Part shown: positions 35,236 through 45,009 of the stretch, piece after piece
Layout of the letters: each line of letters opens with the position of its first letter
Position numbering within the stretch: the stretch's first letter is position 1
IMG/VR virus record: IMGVR_UViG_3300028146_000001
Span: 1,381 to 65,380 of that record
DNA length: 64,000 nucleotides
Strand: one strand, 5' to 3'
Source: a virus
Taxonomy: Duplodnaviria; Caudoviricetes
Program-made: the position numbers and the translations under genes
The notes under the pieces: model-generated
The model's database searches: none
What the model saw: the letters and a program-made list of their open reading frames with translations, nothing else
What the model was told of the DNA's origin: nothing

Positions 35236-37386
35236 TTACTTTTTGCCGTTTGCGATTGCAGCCGCAGCTTTCTTTTTCGCTGTTTCCTGATCCATTTTTT
35301 GTTTTTCCTTCGCGTGCTTCTGGTCGAGTTTGTGCTTCTCGTCGGCGTGCCGTTGATCTTGTTTGTGAGTCGCTTCGGCCTGCATCATCTCTTGTGCAAG
35401 CGGATTCAACGTATCGGGAGCCGGTCCCTGTTCGCCGAAATCCAACCGGATCGACTTGTCCAGCCCCAACGCCAAAACGTCTTCGCCTTTCAAGCTGACC
35501 GTCACCTTCGGCGGCTCTGGGTGTGGCGGGGGCGGTTCGGGGGGCTTGGGCAGCAAGAATCCGTTCACATCAATATCGAAAGCGTTCGCCCAGAACGTGA
35601 TAAGTGCGTTGTACGGTTCGATCGCGCCGCTGGTAGCAAGTTGCGAGATCACAGGCATCATCGTTTGGAGACAATCCTTCGCGTCCTGTTGATCTTTCTG
35701 CTTGTTCGGCTTCCGTGTCGAACCGGCCTCGATGCGATATTCCAGCGAATGAAGAAGCTCCTCAATATCCGCCGTCTCGACAAATTGGGTCCACAACTGG
35801 CCGATGATCGGGCCAAATATCTGCGCAACGTCCGCACCTTTGTAGTGCCAGCGCAACATCAGCGCCAGCTTGCGGAAAGCATCGGTCATCGCTTCTTCGA
35901 CTTTTTCCGCCATGTCATCGGGGCGAACATTGACGAAGTTCTCCTTCGTCTTCGTTTCCGTTGCTGACCGATCCTGGGTCTGTTGCATCCCATACATCAA
36001 CTCGGAAAGTCCGGTGCGTTTCTCGAAGGAAACTTCAAGAGTTTGAAGAACCTTGAATATCCATTCCGGCATACTTGGATGCTGAATGAAAGCAACCAAT
36101 TGATCGACCGGAACTCCGAGGTTTTGGCTCAACTCGATCAATGTCAAGTCGTCGCCTTCAAGAATCTTGTCTTTTGTTTCGTCGTCCATCGACTTCGGGA
36201 CAACCATAAAATCGCGAGATCGTTTCTGCATTCCAGAAACGATAAACGAGTACAGCCAATTGATAGCCTTCAATTCACCCATCGCCGGACGAAGGTGAGA
36301 CATCGGCCAGATTTGCCGAGGCACTTCATGAAACTTGAACATCGTGAACGGCCAGCCGTTCGAGCCTGGAATATCGCACCAGAACGGCGTTTCCCATTGC
36401 AGCCGCCGACGTACTTCCTGATCGTTGTCCCAAATTTCAGGAGGAACATTGAGGAAGTAGTTGTACGAGTCGCAAACCTCGACATAGACGTATTGCCCGT
36501 ACCGATCAAGTTCAGCAGCATCCGGCGATATGCCCTTGAGCAGCCCGCCAATGCCCATCTTTGACCAGCAGCCCCAATAAACGAGTAGGTCGTTGGTCTT
36601 GCCCTGTTTACGCCGGTATTGGTCCCCAGCGGCTTCCACGGCGGCATACTGGACGTAAGATTCGTAGTTGGCTTTTAGCGTGCCGTGGGGCAGTCCATGT
36701 TGCGCCTCGACTTCCCAAACCGGCTTAACGAAACGGCGAAAAGCGACTTTAGCATTCCGCTGAACTTCCGCGTCAGGATCGAACAAAACATTGTCGGCGG
36801 TTTCGTATTCGAGAATCGCCATCTTCCTGCCGCCTGCCGGATTATCCATGCGAGCAAACAAGAAGCCAGCACCCTTGATTATCGTCTCGTCAATCGCCGC
36901 GCGAGAATCCGTTTTCAATCCCATCGCATCGGGCAAGTAGTTGAGCATCCCAGAAAGTAGAATCGCGCGAATCGCGTCCTTCTGCATCTGTTGGGAAAGT
37001 TGCTGCATGATCGGCTGAACTTGTGCCTGAATATTAGGGTCGTTGGGATCGCCGAATAATTCCGGTGGAAGTTGCGGAGCCGTCCGAGCGTTTACCTTGC
37101 AAGAGGGGTTTTTGTGGTAGAGATTCGGGCCGAATAGCTGGACAAGTTCAGCCGCCTTGTTGATGGTAAGGCAGATATTTGGCCGAGATACATTTCTCTT
37201 ACCGACGTAAAGAAAGTCGCCGCGCTGAGGAGAGTCGGACATGCCGTACAAAAAGTCATACGGTCCATTAAAGAACCGCATACACTCGTCGGCATCGGCT
37301 TGAAACTCCCGCTTGGACTTGATCGCTAACTCGACCAAATGTTTCCAAGCGGTTCGGCAAGCCAGAAATGCAGCGTCGGCGCTCAT
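35236..37386 (-). CDS. portal protein
   Basis: 716 aa downstream of TerL; TGLSELMYG...RSATE; coiled-coil C-terminus like P22-class portals. Confidence 0.8.
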   Translation of the reverse strand: MSADAAFLACRTAWKHLVELAIKSKREFQADADECMRFFNGPYDFLYGMSDSPQRGDFLYVGKRNVSRPNICLTINKAAELVQLFGPNLYHKNPSCKVNARTAPQLPPELFGDPNDPNIQAQVQPIMQQLSQQMQKDAIRAILLSGMLNYLPDAMGLKTDSRAAIDETIIKGAGFLFARMDNPAGGRKMAILEYETADNVLFDPDAEVQRNAKVAFRRFVKPVWEVEAQHGLPHGTLKANYESYVQYAAVEAAGDQYRRKQGKTNDLLVYWGCWSKMGIGGLLKGISPDAAELDRYGQYVYVEVCDSYNYFLNVPPEIWDNDQEVRRRLQWETPFWCDIPGSNGWPFTMFKFHEVPRQIWPMSHLRPAMGELKAINWLYSFIVSGMQKRSRDFMVVPKSMDDETKDKILEGDDLTLIELSQNLGVPVDQLVAFIQHPSMPEWIFKVLQTLEVSFEKRTGLSELMYGMQQTQDRSATETKTKENFVNVRPDDMAEKVEEAMTDAFRKLALMLRWHYKGADVAQIFGPIIGQLWTQFVETADIEELLHSLEYRIEAGSTRKPNKQKDQQDAKDCLQTMMPVISQLATSGAIEPYNALITFWANAFDIDVNGFLLPKPPEPPPPHPEPPKVTVSLKGEDVLALGLDKSIRLDFGEQGPAPDTLNPLAQEMMQAEATHKQDQRHADEKHKLDQKHAKEKQKMDQETAKKKAAAAIANGKK

Positions 37387-37415
37387 TGACTATCCCTTGA
37401 GGAAGAACGGAACGC

Positions 37416-37703
37416 TTACGACTTCGGAGCGGGCTTGCTGACTGGACTTTTCAGATTGACCGCTTCGGGGACGAACGTCGCCTTTTGCAGAATACCGCCA
37501 GCGACTTCCTTTGCACCAATCGCCGGTTCCAACGGATTGAACCACCAGCATTCGATTTCCGCTTCCTTCGCGAGCGTTGGAGGCGAAGTGTTCGACGCCG
37601 CAACCGCAGGGCAGACCTTCACAACGGTCATAGCGGGACCGCCAGAGTTGAGCATGACAACATCGCCAACTTGCGGTTCATAAACATCTTTCTTATCGGA
37701 CAT
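37416..37703 (-). CDS. DUF2158/YodC family protein
   Basis: VGDVVMLNSGGPAMTV...IECWWF; AGGAG RBS. Confidence 0.8.
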   Translation of the reverse strand: MSDKKDVYEPQVGDVVMLNSGGPAMTVVKVCPAVAASNTSPPTLAKEAEIECWWFNPLEPAIGAKEVAGGILQKATFVPEAVNLKSPVSKPAPKS

Positions 37704-37746
37704 GATGAAACTCCTACAGGGCGAACGGCTGGAAGAATAAAACGCT

Positions 37747-37851
37747 TTACTTTCCGCCCTTCGGTGGCGTGAATTTAACGAACCGAACAGGAAGGACAAC
37801 GCCTCCCTTGACATAGACTTCGCGGACGCGAACCATTTTGACTTTTTCCAT
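37747..37851 (-). CDS. 34-aa basic peptide (missing from the ORF track)
   Basis: TAAGGAGG RBS; MEKVKMVRVREVYVKGGVVLPVRFVKFTPPKGGK. Confidence 0.6.
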   Translation of the reverse strand: MEKVKMVRVREVYVKGGVVLPVRFVKFTPPKGGK

Positions 37852-37887
37852 GATAAAACCTCCTTAAGTGATACAAACGCGGGGAAA

Positions 37888-38241
37888 TCAAACGCTTGGT
37901 TTGGTGGATGCTTCGAGCATCAAATCGCTGACGTAGACTTCCACGCGGCGAAGGCGTTTGCTTTCTTCGGTGTAATCCCACGCCCCTTGCTGATTCAGTT
38001 CCCCATCCGTGGCGTGCGGGTCGCTGACATGGCGAACGCCGAAAATCTGCTTCTTGCCGCCGTTGGGAGCATGAACGGCAACGTCAACCGTTCTATCTCC
38101 GACCGCAGTAACAAAGCCCGCGTAAGGCGAGGTTGTTTCGTGGCCGTCGAGATACCAGAGAACCGGCATACAAATGGTCGCTTCCGGCATCTTGTACGTG
38201 GCCGAATTTCGCTTCGCTTCTTGGGTCATGGTCGCTGACAT
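37888..38241 (-). CDS. hypothetical protein
   Basis: AAGGAG RBS. Confidence 0.65.
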   Translation of the reverse strand: MSATMTQEAKRNSATYKMPEATICMPVLWYLDGHETTSPYAGFVTAVGDRTVDVAVHAPNGGKKQIFGVRHVSDPHATDGELNQQGAWDYTEESKRLRRVEVYVSDLMLEASTKPSV

Positions 38242-38245
38242 GGTG

Positions 38246-38959
38246 TTACTCTCCTTGGGTAAGGTTTCTCAACAGATCGTACAAGGCCGCTTGCGTGTTC
38301 GGAGCAAGTTGCCTTTTCAATTCCCTCAGACCGGCTATTTTCGCTTCATAGTCGGCGATTTGCAAGTCAATTACCTGATCGAAGCCGGTCGCTGGCTTCG
38401 TGACGACGACGGTTTGAGCGTATCCGCTTGTGGCGACGTGACCGTTTGTCGCTGGTTTTTTTGCCATTGATTCGTACAAATTTTGGGCGACAACATCAAT
38501 ATCAACGGCTTTCGGCTTCACTTCGGGAGGCGGGACCGGCTTGGATTGCTCGATCTTCCGCAGCGCCCAACCGACGCACTCACGTTCGATGTCCAGAAGA
38601 TCGCCGTCAAGCGACTTCACCGCGTTTCCCCAGAGCCGCGCGATCGAGGCCCATGCAATTCTTTCTTCCGTCGTCTGGGTCGCGTACTGCGAACCCATGT
38701 ATCCGGCGATTTTGTTGGCGAACTCATCGAGTGCCACGTCTTGTTTGATCGCCGCCGCGTGTTCGATAAAGTTGATCGCCCACGAAGCGACCTTTTCCCA
38801 CAAGCCCCTATCGGTTTGCTCCCACGCGGCATCAGCGGGAATCCCCAGAGCAGCGGAGAGGACATTGAAAGCGGATCGGGCCAACATCAGCCCATCGAAC
38901 CGGCTCTTGATTGCAGTCCCGCGAAGTTCCTCAACGGTCAACGGTGTCAGTTCGCTCAT
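38246..38959 (-). CDS. hypothetical protein
   Basis: ATGA-coupled to TerL. Confidence 0.6.
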   Translation of the reverse strand: MSELTPLTVEELRGTAIKSRFDGLMLARSAFNVLSAALGIPADAAWEQTDRGLWEKVASWAINFIEHAAAIKQDVALDEFANKIAGYMGSQYATQTTEERIAWASIARLWGNAVKSLDGDLLDIERECVGWALRKIEQSKPVPPPEVKPKAVDIDVVAQNLYESMAKKPATNGHVATSGYAQTVVVTKPATGFDQVIDLQIADYEAKIAGLRELKRQLAPNTQAALYDLLRNLTQGE

Positions 38960-40644
38960 TTTTCCAGTCTCCCAGGTCCGAGCATCATGGATTGCCCAGA
39001 GCCATCTTTTTGCGCCCGTTCTTTTTGTCGTTTACGCCATGCCCCGATTGCCCCGCCGATCAAAGCGGGGTCTTTCTTCGGAGCAACCCAGATTGGATTG
39101 TACTGCACAAGATAGCGAAGATTGTCCATTAAATGATCGTTCTTGCTGTCCGGCTTGTCAATGAACATCGTCCGGCCATCGGCCCCTTTGATTTTTTTGT
39201 TGCGGTAATGCCGGATTTCTTTCTTGAAATTTTCCAGTGTCCGAAACACACGGAGCTTCGGGAAACCATCCTGCCGAGTCCGCAGCCACAACCGAACCGC
39301 ACCGATGCCCGCCATCTCGTTATCGTTGCCAGGGATGAACTCAAACCCTGTCTCAATCGACTTTACTTTGTTGATTCTCAGTTGTTCACTGTATTGCTCA
39401 ACTACCTTCTGACCAGCGCCCATGTCCCGATGCCGAGCCGCCCGCATGTCGATCAAGAACGCTTGGTACGTCTGCTTGCCTTGCTTTCGAGCCATTTCTA
39501 ACCCGAAAATCGCTGCATTGCAGTTCTTGATGTAAAGCTCATCGTAGAGATATGCGAAGTCGCCCTTCTCAAGCGGCGGAATAGCCATGAACAAAACCGC
39601 GCAAGTCTGCGTCCCAGGGTCAATCGCCAAGTAGCGCGTCCAATTGAGCGGAACATCGAACGCATCGACTTCGTGAACCCGTGGCGAGTATTCGGGATAA
39701 ACGCTTCCTGAAAGGATCGCAAATTCACCACCGATACGAACGCGGTAGCTCTCTTCATCTTCGGCGAACTTTTCCTTGACCACTTCCCGCTTCGCTTCGG
39801 TCAAATGCTTGTTGTCGTCGATGGTGCAAAAGAACTCTTCGATGGTGCGTTGTTTGGTTGGGTCTTTCCGCTTATCTTCGCCGGTCCACTTTCCGGCAAT
39901 CCAGACGCCGCCTTGTGCCAGCGCCCGTTCGTGGAGCGAGTAGAGCCGTTCCGTTCCAGTCTGAGGCGTTGCCGACCAAATGAACCGGCCCGCCTTGTCG
40001 ATCAAACGGGCAGCGATTTCGCTGTACCACTCTCGGTCAACAACTTCCTCGTCAAACCAGCCAAGGTCAATCGTTGTTCCTCTTGGCGGCTTACTGTTGG
40101 ACGAGTAGAAATGAATCCGCCAGCCATTTGTTAATCCGACCGATTTTGGAATGCCTTCTCTTTTTGATTCCCACGAAATATCTTTCACAAACCGCTTCGG
40201 GATCAATGGCGTAGACGGCTTTGCTTCTCTCTCACGGTCAGCATCTTGCGGATTTTCTGGATTAAAAGACCGCCATTCGTGCGTTTCCAGATCGCGGATC
40301 ATTTGAAAAGCGCCCGGCTTGAACAGTTTCGCGTACATGACCTGCGCGATTTGATCGTTGTCCTGTGTGACACAATAGCAAACTCCGTTTTCCTTCGGAT
40401 ACCTGCCGAGCGGGTCTTGTCCTGTGCAAGCCCGCGCTACTTCCGAGGCCGCTTCGAGCGTTTTGCCGGATCGGTTGGCTCCTCGAATAATCCGTTCTAC
40501 CGCCATACTCTCGCGAAATGCCTGTTGAAACGGTAAAGGCTTGAGCAACCGCAGACCTTCGATCTTACGAAGTGCGAGTTTGTTGAGAACACGCCGCAAC
40601 TCAATGTCGGTCGCGTCGATAGGTCCGTGATTAGATGCAGACAT
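38956..40644 (-). CDS. terL: terminase large subunit
   Basis: Walker A RGANRSGKT, Walker B GWFDEE, WSATP, nuclease IDPG and DHLMDNLRY. Confidence 0.93.
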   Translation of the reverse strand: MSASNHGPIDATDIELRRVLNKLALRKIEGLRLLKPLPFQQAFRESMAVERIIRGANRSGKTLEAASEVARACTGQDPLGRYPKENGVCYCVTQDNDQIAQVMYAKLFKPGAFQMIRDLETHEWRSFNPENPQDADREREAKPSTPLIPKRFVKDISWESKREGIPKSVGLTNGWRIHFYSSNSKPPRGTTIDLGWFDEEVVDREWYSEIAARLIDKAGRFIWSATPQTGTERLYSLHERALAQGGVWIAGKWTGEDKRKDPTKQRTIEEFFCTIDDNKHLTEAKREVVKEKFAEDEESYRVRIGGEFAILSGSVYPEYSPRVHEVDAFDVPLNWTRYLAIDPGTQTCAVLFMAIPPLEKGDFAYLYDELYIKNCNAAIFGLEMARKQGKQTYQAFLIDMRAARHRDMGAGQKVVEQYSEQLRINKVKSIETGFEFIPGNDNEMAGIGAVRLWLRTRQDGFPKLRVFRTLENFKKEIRHYRNKKIKGADGRTMFIDKPDSKNDHLMDNLRYLVQYNPIWVAPKKDPALIGGAIGAWRKRQKERAQKDGSGQSMMLGPGRLEK

Positions 40645-41059
40645 GATCTATCCAATCTTGGATCGGCAAGCCAACAATACCGGACTTCTGCGCAAGCTGA
40701 ATGGCTATCTTCTCCAAGTCCTCATCGCTCGATGCGTCCAAATCGGTAGCGCCCCGCTTGGCATCGGCTCGCTTGAACAGGTCCGTCATGATGTCCAGCA
40801 AACGGGCTTGTTCCGCCGATCCTACCCGCGTCATGCCGTAAGCGCCCATGATCGTTTGCACAAATCCGGCAGCGCCGCCGACTTGAGTGTAAAACTCAAG
40901 GGCGATTTCCTCAATGTCAACGGGGGAGTCTTTTGCGGAAAGAACGCGGGTTATCTTGTTTGAAATAGAATCGGTTGCGGTCGAGACGAATGGTGGAGTA
41001 GTCCTTGCGGAGTCTTTCCGTGGCTTCTTCGGCTTCGGTGGAGCTTTTGGAAGAGTCAT
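40631..41059 (-). CDS. probable terminase small subunit
   Basis: Overlaps the TerL start; helical; DLDASSDEDLEK-type tail. Confidence 0.55.
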   Translation of the reverse strand: MTLPKAPPKPKKPRKDSARTTPPFVSTATDSISNKITRVLSAKDSPVDIEEIALEFYTQVGGAAGFVQTIMGAYGMTRVGSAEQARLLDIMTDLFKRADAKRGATDLDASSDEDLEKIAIQLAQKSGIVGLPIQDWIDHVCI

Positions 41060-41523
41060 TGCACGGTTCCCGTGGCTAAAACTGCCGCCGCCCGCCGATG
41101 CCCAATTCCAACCCATCGCGATTTGCTGGCGGGATAGTACACCATTCCAGTGTACTCTTCGCCCGTATGGAGCGTCAATGTGCATGTCGCCAGCATCGGT
41201 TTCGCCACACCCAGAATCACCCGCTCAGTCGGAAGCGAAATGTGCAACTGATTCATCTTCTCGTCATGCCCAAACTGGATACACGGTTGAACCATGTGGT
41301 TGATGACGAGCGTAGGCTTGATCTCGAAATCTGGGAATGTCAGCGTAGACCCATCAGGCATCGTCGCCTTGCCAACGCCGATTTCCTTAGCACATTCCCA
41401 GATGTTCGGTCGAAAACGCTGAATGAGAAAAACATCCATTTCTGGACAAAACGCGCTGATCTTGATTGGCTGTGCATGAGCCACGGACGAAATGAAAACA
41501 AGGATGAAAGGAGAGCGTATCAT
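41056..41523 (-). CDS. putative secreted protein
   Basis: Signal-peptide-like MIRSPFILVFISSVAHA-Q. Confidence 0.55.
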   Translation of the reverse strand: MIRSPFILVFISSVAHAQPIKISAFCPEMDVFLIQRFRPNIWECAKEIGVGKATMPDGSTLTFPDFEIKPTLVINHMVQPCIQFGHDEKMNQLHISLPTERVILGVAKPMLATCTLTLHTGEEYTGMVYYPASKSRWVGIGHRRAAAVLATGTVQ

Positions 41524-41533
41524 CGGGAACTCC

Positions 41534-41571
41534 AAATAAAATCGGGGAGGCCCAGGATAGGAACCTCCCCG
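41534..41571 (-). terminator. intrinsic terminator
   Basis: CGGGGAGG/CCTCCCCG stem followed by ATTTTATTT. Confidence 0.7.
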
Positions 41572-41599
41572 CGCGTTCCACTGACAACATGACAGTGGC

Positions 41600-41995
41600 T
41601 TACCTTCGACGCCGAATCAACCCGATCCGGCCCGAACTGGAACAACTTCCGCTTGAGCAAGCGCCAGAACTCGCAGACGAATTTGCCACCGACGACCATG
41701 AAGCTGAACTTGTCGGCGAAATCGGCAAATTCGCAGCGCCAGTCGTCAGCGTCGAGCCGTCCGCGAGAACCGTAGTCGTTCGCGTCGGAGCGGGCAGAGG
41801 AGTGGCGAGTTTCACCGAACGGCTGTCGATCTTGGCGGCGATCAATTCGATGCTGTCCATGATTCGCTGATAATCGCTTTCCAGCTTCGCGAGGCGAGCC
41901 TTGTCGGACTGGCCGGTATCACTGACTTGATTCTGTGCGCTGGCAACGACCGCGAACGCAAACAAACAGAACAGAGCCAAAGAAAACTTTCGCAT
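41600..41995 (-). CDS. secreted protein with coiled coil and a CSSGSC...RRRR tail
   Basis: Signal peptide MRKFSLALFCLFAFAVVASA; GGAGG RBS. Confidence 0.7.
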   Translation of the reverse strand: MRKFSLALFCLFAFAVVASAQNQVSDTGQSDKARLAKLESDYQRIMDSIELIAAKIDSRSVKLATPLPAPTRTTTVLADGSTLTTGAANLPISPTSSASWSSVANSSASSGACSSGSCSSSGRIGLIRRRR

Positions 41996-42087
41996 AACGA
42001 ACCTCCGTGAGAAAAAAATGGAACCGCGTGCTGCGCTCACTGGTTCCGTTGCTTTTAGCAGGGCCGCAGCGTCCACAACAGTTTGTA

Positions 42088-42312
42088 TCACTTTCCCATC
42101 AACGCATTGATGAGTGCTTGAACCGCCGTCATGATAGCAACCGGATCACCCGTCTTCAAGGCGGCGAATACCTGCATCAACGCCATGAACACGACGATGA
42201 AATTCACCGCGTATAGCGGCGTTGACTGTTCGGTTGCCGTCTCGGTCGGCAATTCGATCTGAACCGTTACCGGCTTTACGTCAACCGGACTGCCTTGTGC
42301 ATTTACCCACAT
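42088..42312 (-). CDS. small membrane protein (holin-like)
   Basis: Hydrophobic C-terminal half; AAGGA RBS. Confidence 0.5.
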   Translation of the reverse strand: MWVNAQGSPVDVKPVTVQIELPTETATEQSTPLYAVNFIVVFMALMQVFAALKTGDPVAIMTAVQALINALMGK

Positions 42313-42352
42313 GATGTTATTTCCTTTTGCAAGTTTGGAGTGATGGTGAAAC

Positions 42353-43597
42353 TTACCGCTTCGGAATCGCTTTGAGGCCACGCATGGCGTCGATCTGCCG
42401 TTGAAGGCTATCGAGAGAACTTGGCAGCACAAGCAAGTAATCCCCTGCCGGTGCGTCCTGAGACAACAGGATTCTTAACCCACCAGGACCAGGAGGCGGG
42501 GGAGGAGTGCTACCGACCGTGGCGAGACAAGTCCCCGTTCCCGTTTTTCCGGTCGAATCGACGGCGGTAACAGTTGCCGTGTACGTCCCAGCTACCTTGT
42601 AACTATGCGATGCCGACGCATCTTGAGCGCCGTCCCCGTAATCGAACAGGAAAATGTACGGCGACGTTCCACCGCTGGCAATCGGAGAGAATTTAACAGG
42701 CACGCCGACGCCGCCCGTCACGTTCGGCATATTGACCGTGACATTCGCGGGAGGAGGCGGGGGAGGCGGCGGTTGAAGTCCGGTAGTCGTTGGCGTTCGC
42801 AGCCACGCCTCGACACAGGTATTCATCAACCACTTATGATCGACGACCCCGATTGTTTTCCAAGTATAGAGAAAGTACCCGTTCGCAGGAGCGCCGGAAG
42901 GAGTCGCAACGCCAAGAGCCTTGAACAGTTCCGCAGTCGGACCAAATCCACCAAGGGAAACACAATGATCGGTGTTAGGAAATGACCGGCCACCAAAGGC
43001 ATACCAGCCGCTTTGATTACCAGCGCCGGAAGGAAGGGCATCGGCGTCGATTGCGATTGAAACCGGACCCTGCGCTATCGCTGATTGCAACGTCGCTTCG
43101 TTCGAGTAATCGACGGTTGAAGATTTTCCGGCCTTGCGCAAAACGCCGTTTTCATCCTTGATCCCATCGTCCTGCATGTACTCGATAACTGAGAGAAGGT
43201 CAGCGCCATTGAGAACCCCGTGGTTTCTCGCCCATGTGATCGTTTCCGCTTCGGTCACGAATATTTCCGGCATTCCAAGAAATGTCGAGTAATCCGCGAT
43301 TGCAAACACGCTCTCCGACGTGACACAGCAGCCGAACTGATTGTTGCCCCAATAACTCAATCGTGGCGGGACGGTCAATACCTTGGAAGGAGTTGTCGCG
43401 GCCCGATGGATGGAAACCTTGCCGCTCTTGATTGCCGCGATTATTTTCGGGAACGGGGTTGCCTTGGCTCCCCGATAAAACTTCGGTGGATTCTTTGGGG
43501 CGTCCTGATCTTGGTCTTGCGCCGGGACCGAGGCCAACGTAAACGCCGAAAGCAACACCGCCCCCAGCAACAAGAATCGGTTCCATTTCATGAGCAA
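42353..43597 (-). CDS. secreted papain-like (C1-type) cysteine peptidase with a PKD domain
   Basis: Signal peptide; WGNNQFGCCVT (Cys), AIAQGPVSIAI, DHCVSLGGFG (His); PKD motif FDYGDG...SHSYKVAGTYTATVTAVD; poly-Pro linkers. Confidence 0.75.
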   Translation of the reverse strand: MLMKWNRFLLLGAVLLSAFTLASVPAQDQDQDAPKNPPKFYRGAKATPFPKIIAAIKSGKVSIHRAATTPSKVLTVPPRLSYWGNNQFGCCVTSESVFAIADYSTFLGMPEIFVTEAETITWARNHGVLNGADLLSVIEYMQDDGIKDENGVLRKAGKSSTVDYSNEATLQSAIAQGPVSIAIDADALPSGAGNQSGWYAFGGRSFPNTDHCVSLGGFGPTAELFKALGVATPSGAPANGYFLYTWKTIGVVDHKWLMNTCVEAWLRTPTTTGLQPPPPPPPPANVTVNMPNVTGGVGVPVKFSPIASGGTSPYIFLFDYGDGAQDASASHSYKVAGTYTATVTAVDSTGKTGTGTCLATVGSTPPPPPGPGGLRILLSQDAPAGDYLLVLPSSLDSLQRQIDAMRGLKAIPKR

Positions 43598-43598
43598 T

Positions 43599-43799
43599 TC
43601 ACCTTTCGTTTGTTGAATGTGTTTGTTCTCCGAACAATTCCGCCACCTTGAGCAAAGCCTGTTTGTCCGCTTCGCTCAATTCTTCCCACGTCATTTTCCC
43701 ACGAACCCATCTTACTAACAACCGGCGAACGTGGACCGAAAGCCAAACCGGAATGGCAATGAAATCTGACGTGTCCGATAGTTCGTTGGGATTGGGCAT
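43599..43799 (-). CDS. hypothetical protein
   Basis: Packed in the operon. Confidence 0.5.
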   Translation of the reverse strand: MPNPNELSDTSDFIAIPVWLSVHVRRLLVRWVRGKMTWEELSEADKQALLKVAELFGEQTHSTNER

Positions 43800-43811
43800 G
43801 TGTCGCTCACA

Positions 43812-44024
43812 TCATCGGTGGCTGTCGATCATCTCTTGCAACTCACTCTGTTCTTTCTTTTCGTTGTCTTTCTGTTCCTTAATTTTCTCGACCTTGAGCA
43901 TGTTCATAAGGATAGATTGCAGCACAAGATACGTCGCAATGTCCATCTTTCCAACCATAGCAAAAAAGGTTGCTGCGACAAAACTGAGTACCGCGCAAAT
44001 TGAGTAGTGGTCGGCGTTGCTCAT
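43812..44024 (-). CDS. small membrane protein
   Basis: One or two TM segments and a charged tail. Confidence 0.5.
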   Translation of the reverse strand: MSNADHYSICAVLSFVAATFFAMVGKMDIATYLVLQSILMNMLKVEKIKEQKDNEKKEQSELQEMIDSHR

Positions 44025-44045
44025 GGCAATACCCTTGAGTTTAAT

Positions 44046-44128
44046 TGAAAAACGGGAACCGCTCAGTTCTCCCTCATTGGCCGAGACGGTTCACAGAGGC
44101 GGGCATTCTTGCGTCCTCTGCTTTATTA
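44046..44128 (-). ncRNA. candidate small RNA 4 (two hairpins and a U-tract)
   Basis: Extended -10 TGCTATCTT at 44135-44143; stems GCAGAGG/CCTCTGT and GAACCG.CTCGG/CTGAGCGGTTC, then TTTTT. Confidence 0.4.
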
Positions 44129-44181
44129 ATCGAAAAGATAGCACACAAAACGGACATGAGTTTGGAAAATGCGGAAAAATT

Positions 44182-44379
44182 TTACATTCTGCCTGGACCG
44201 TGCTGAACGACGAATCCAAACAACTCCCACCCAACAAGGAAAAACAGGACAAACAAAAGAAACGTCCAGCCGCCGAAGATCGGGCGGCGATAAGCTCCGT
44301 CATTCGGGTATACGACGACTCCGAATCCGAAGATCGCCCACAGAATCATCAACATCCAGAAGATCATTGAGATTGGCAC
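44182..44379 (-). CDS. small two-TM membrane protein
   Basis: IFWMLMILWAIFG...LLFVLFFLVGWELFG. Confidence 0.7.
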   Translation of the reverse strand: MPISMIFWMLMILWAIFGFGVVVYPNDGAYRRPIFGGWTFLLFVLFFLVGWELFGFVVQHGPGRM

Positions 44380-44392
44380 GTTGCATCGCCTT

Positions 44393-44548
44393 TCAAATGT
44401 GACCCATGAACAAAAGGAAGAGAAGGACTATCAACAGCAGCGTTCCTATTCCGATTCCTCCATGTCCGAGGCCGGAATTGTCGTTGTAATATCCGCCGCT
44501 TCCAACTCCGAACATCAAGATTATGAGGATTATCAGAACCAGAAGCAT
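44393..44548 (-). CDS. DUF3309-like small membrane protein
   Basis: LIILIILMFG.G.GGYY....G...GGIGIG.LLLIVLLFLLFMG. Confidence 0.7.
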   Translation of the reverse strand: MLLVLIILIILMFGVGSGGYYNDNSGLGHGGIGIGTLLLIVLLFLLFMGHI

Positions 44549-44563
44549 GTTGCACCTTGAGGT

Positions 44564-44600
44564 AAAAACTGGCGGCATCCCGTGAAAGCGATGCCGCCAG
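44564..44600 (-). terminator. intrinsic terminator
   Basis: 11-bp stem CTGGCGGCATC/GATGCCGCCAG followed by TTTTT. Confidence 0.8.
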
Positions 44601-44614
44601 CGGCGAAGGGTGAA

Positions 44615-44986
44615 TCACGGAGTAACGGGAAGAGGCGGGGGCGTCAGTGCATCGAGAGCTTCGAGTTTATCGGAAACCGCTTGAGCCTTGGCCTCGATGC
44701 CGTCGAGCAACGCTTGATCGGCGGGAGTGATCTGGCCTTGCGAATTTTGCAGAGCCGTGATTTGATCCTTGAGCGACTTCACATCGTCGGTCAGGCCGGA
44801 AACAGCCGCGTCAACTTTGTCATTGTGGACTTTCATTTTGTCCGCGAAATCGGAAATGGCGCTCATCAGTTTTTCTCCTTGGGTTTTCAGTTCCCGCAAA
44901 AGGTGCATCATCTCATTATCACCGTGATAATGAACGTGAACCTCGATCTTGACTTCCTTCAAGTGCTTAAAGACTTCTTCGAGCAT
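44615..44986 (-). CDS. coiled-coil protein
   Basis: GGAGG RBS; heptad pattern. Confidence 0.65.
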   Translation of the reverse strand: MLEEVFKHLKEVKIEVHVHYHGDNEMMHLLRELKTQGEKLMSAISDFADKMKVHNDKVDAAVSGLTDDVKSLKDQITALQNSQGQITPADQALLDGIEAKAQAVSDKLEALDALTPPPLPVTP

Positions 44987-45009
44987 GGGGAGCCTCCACA
45001 GAAATTGTA

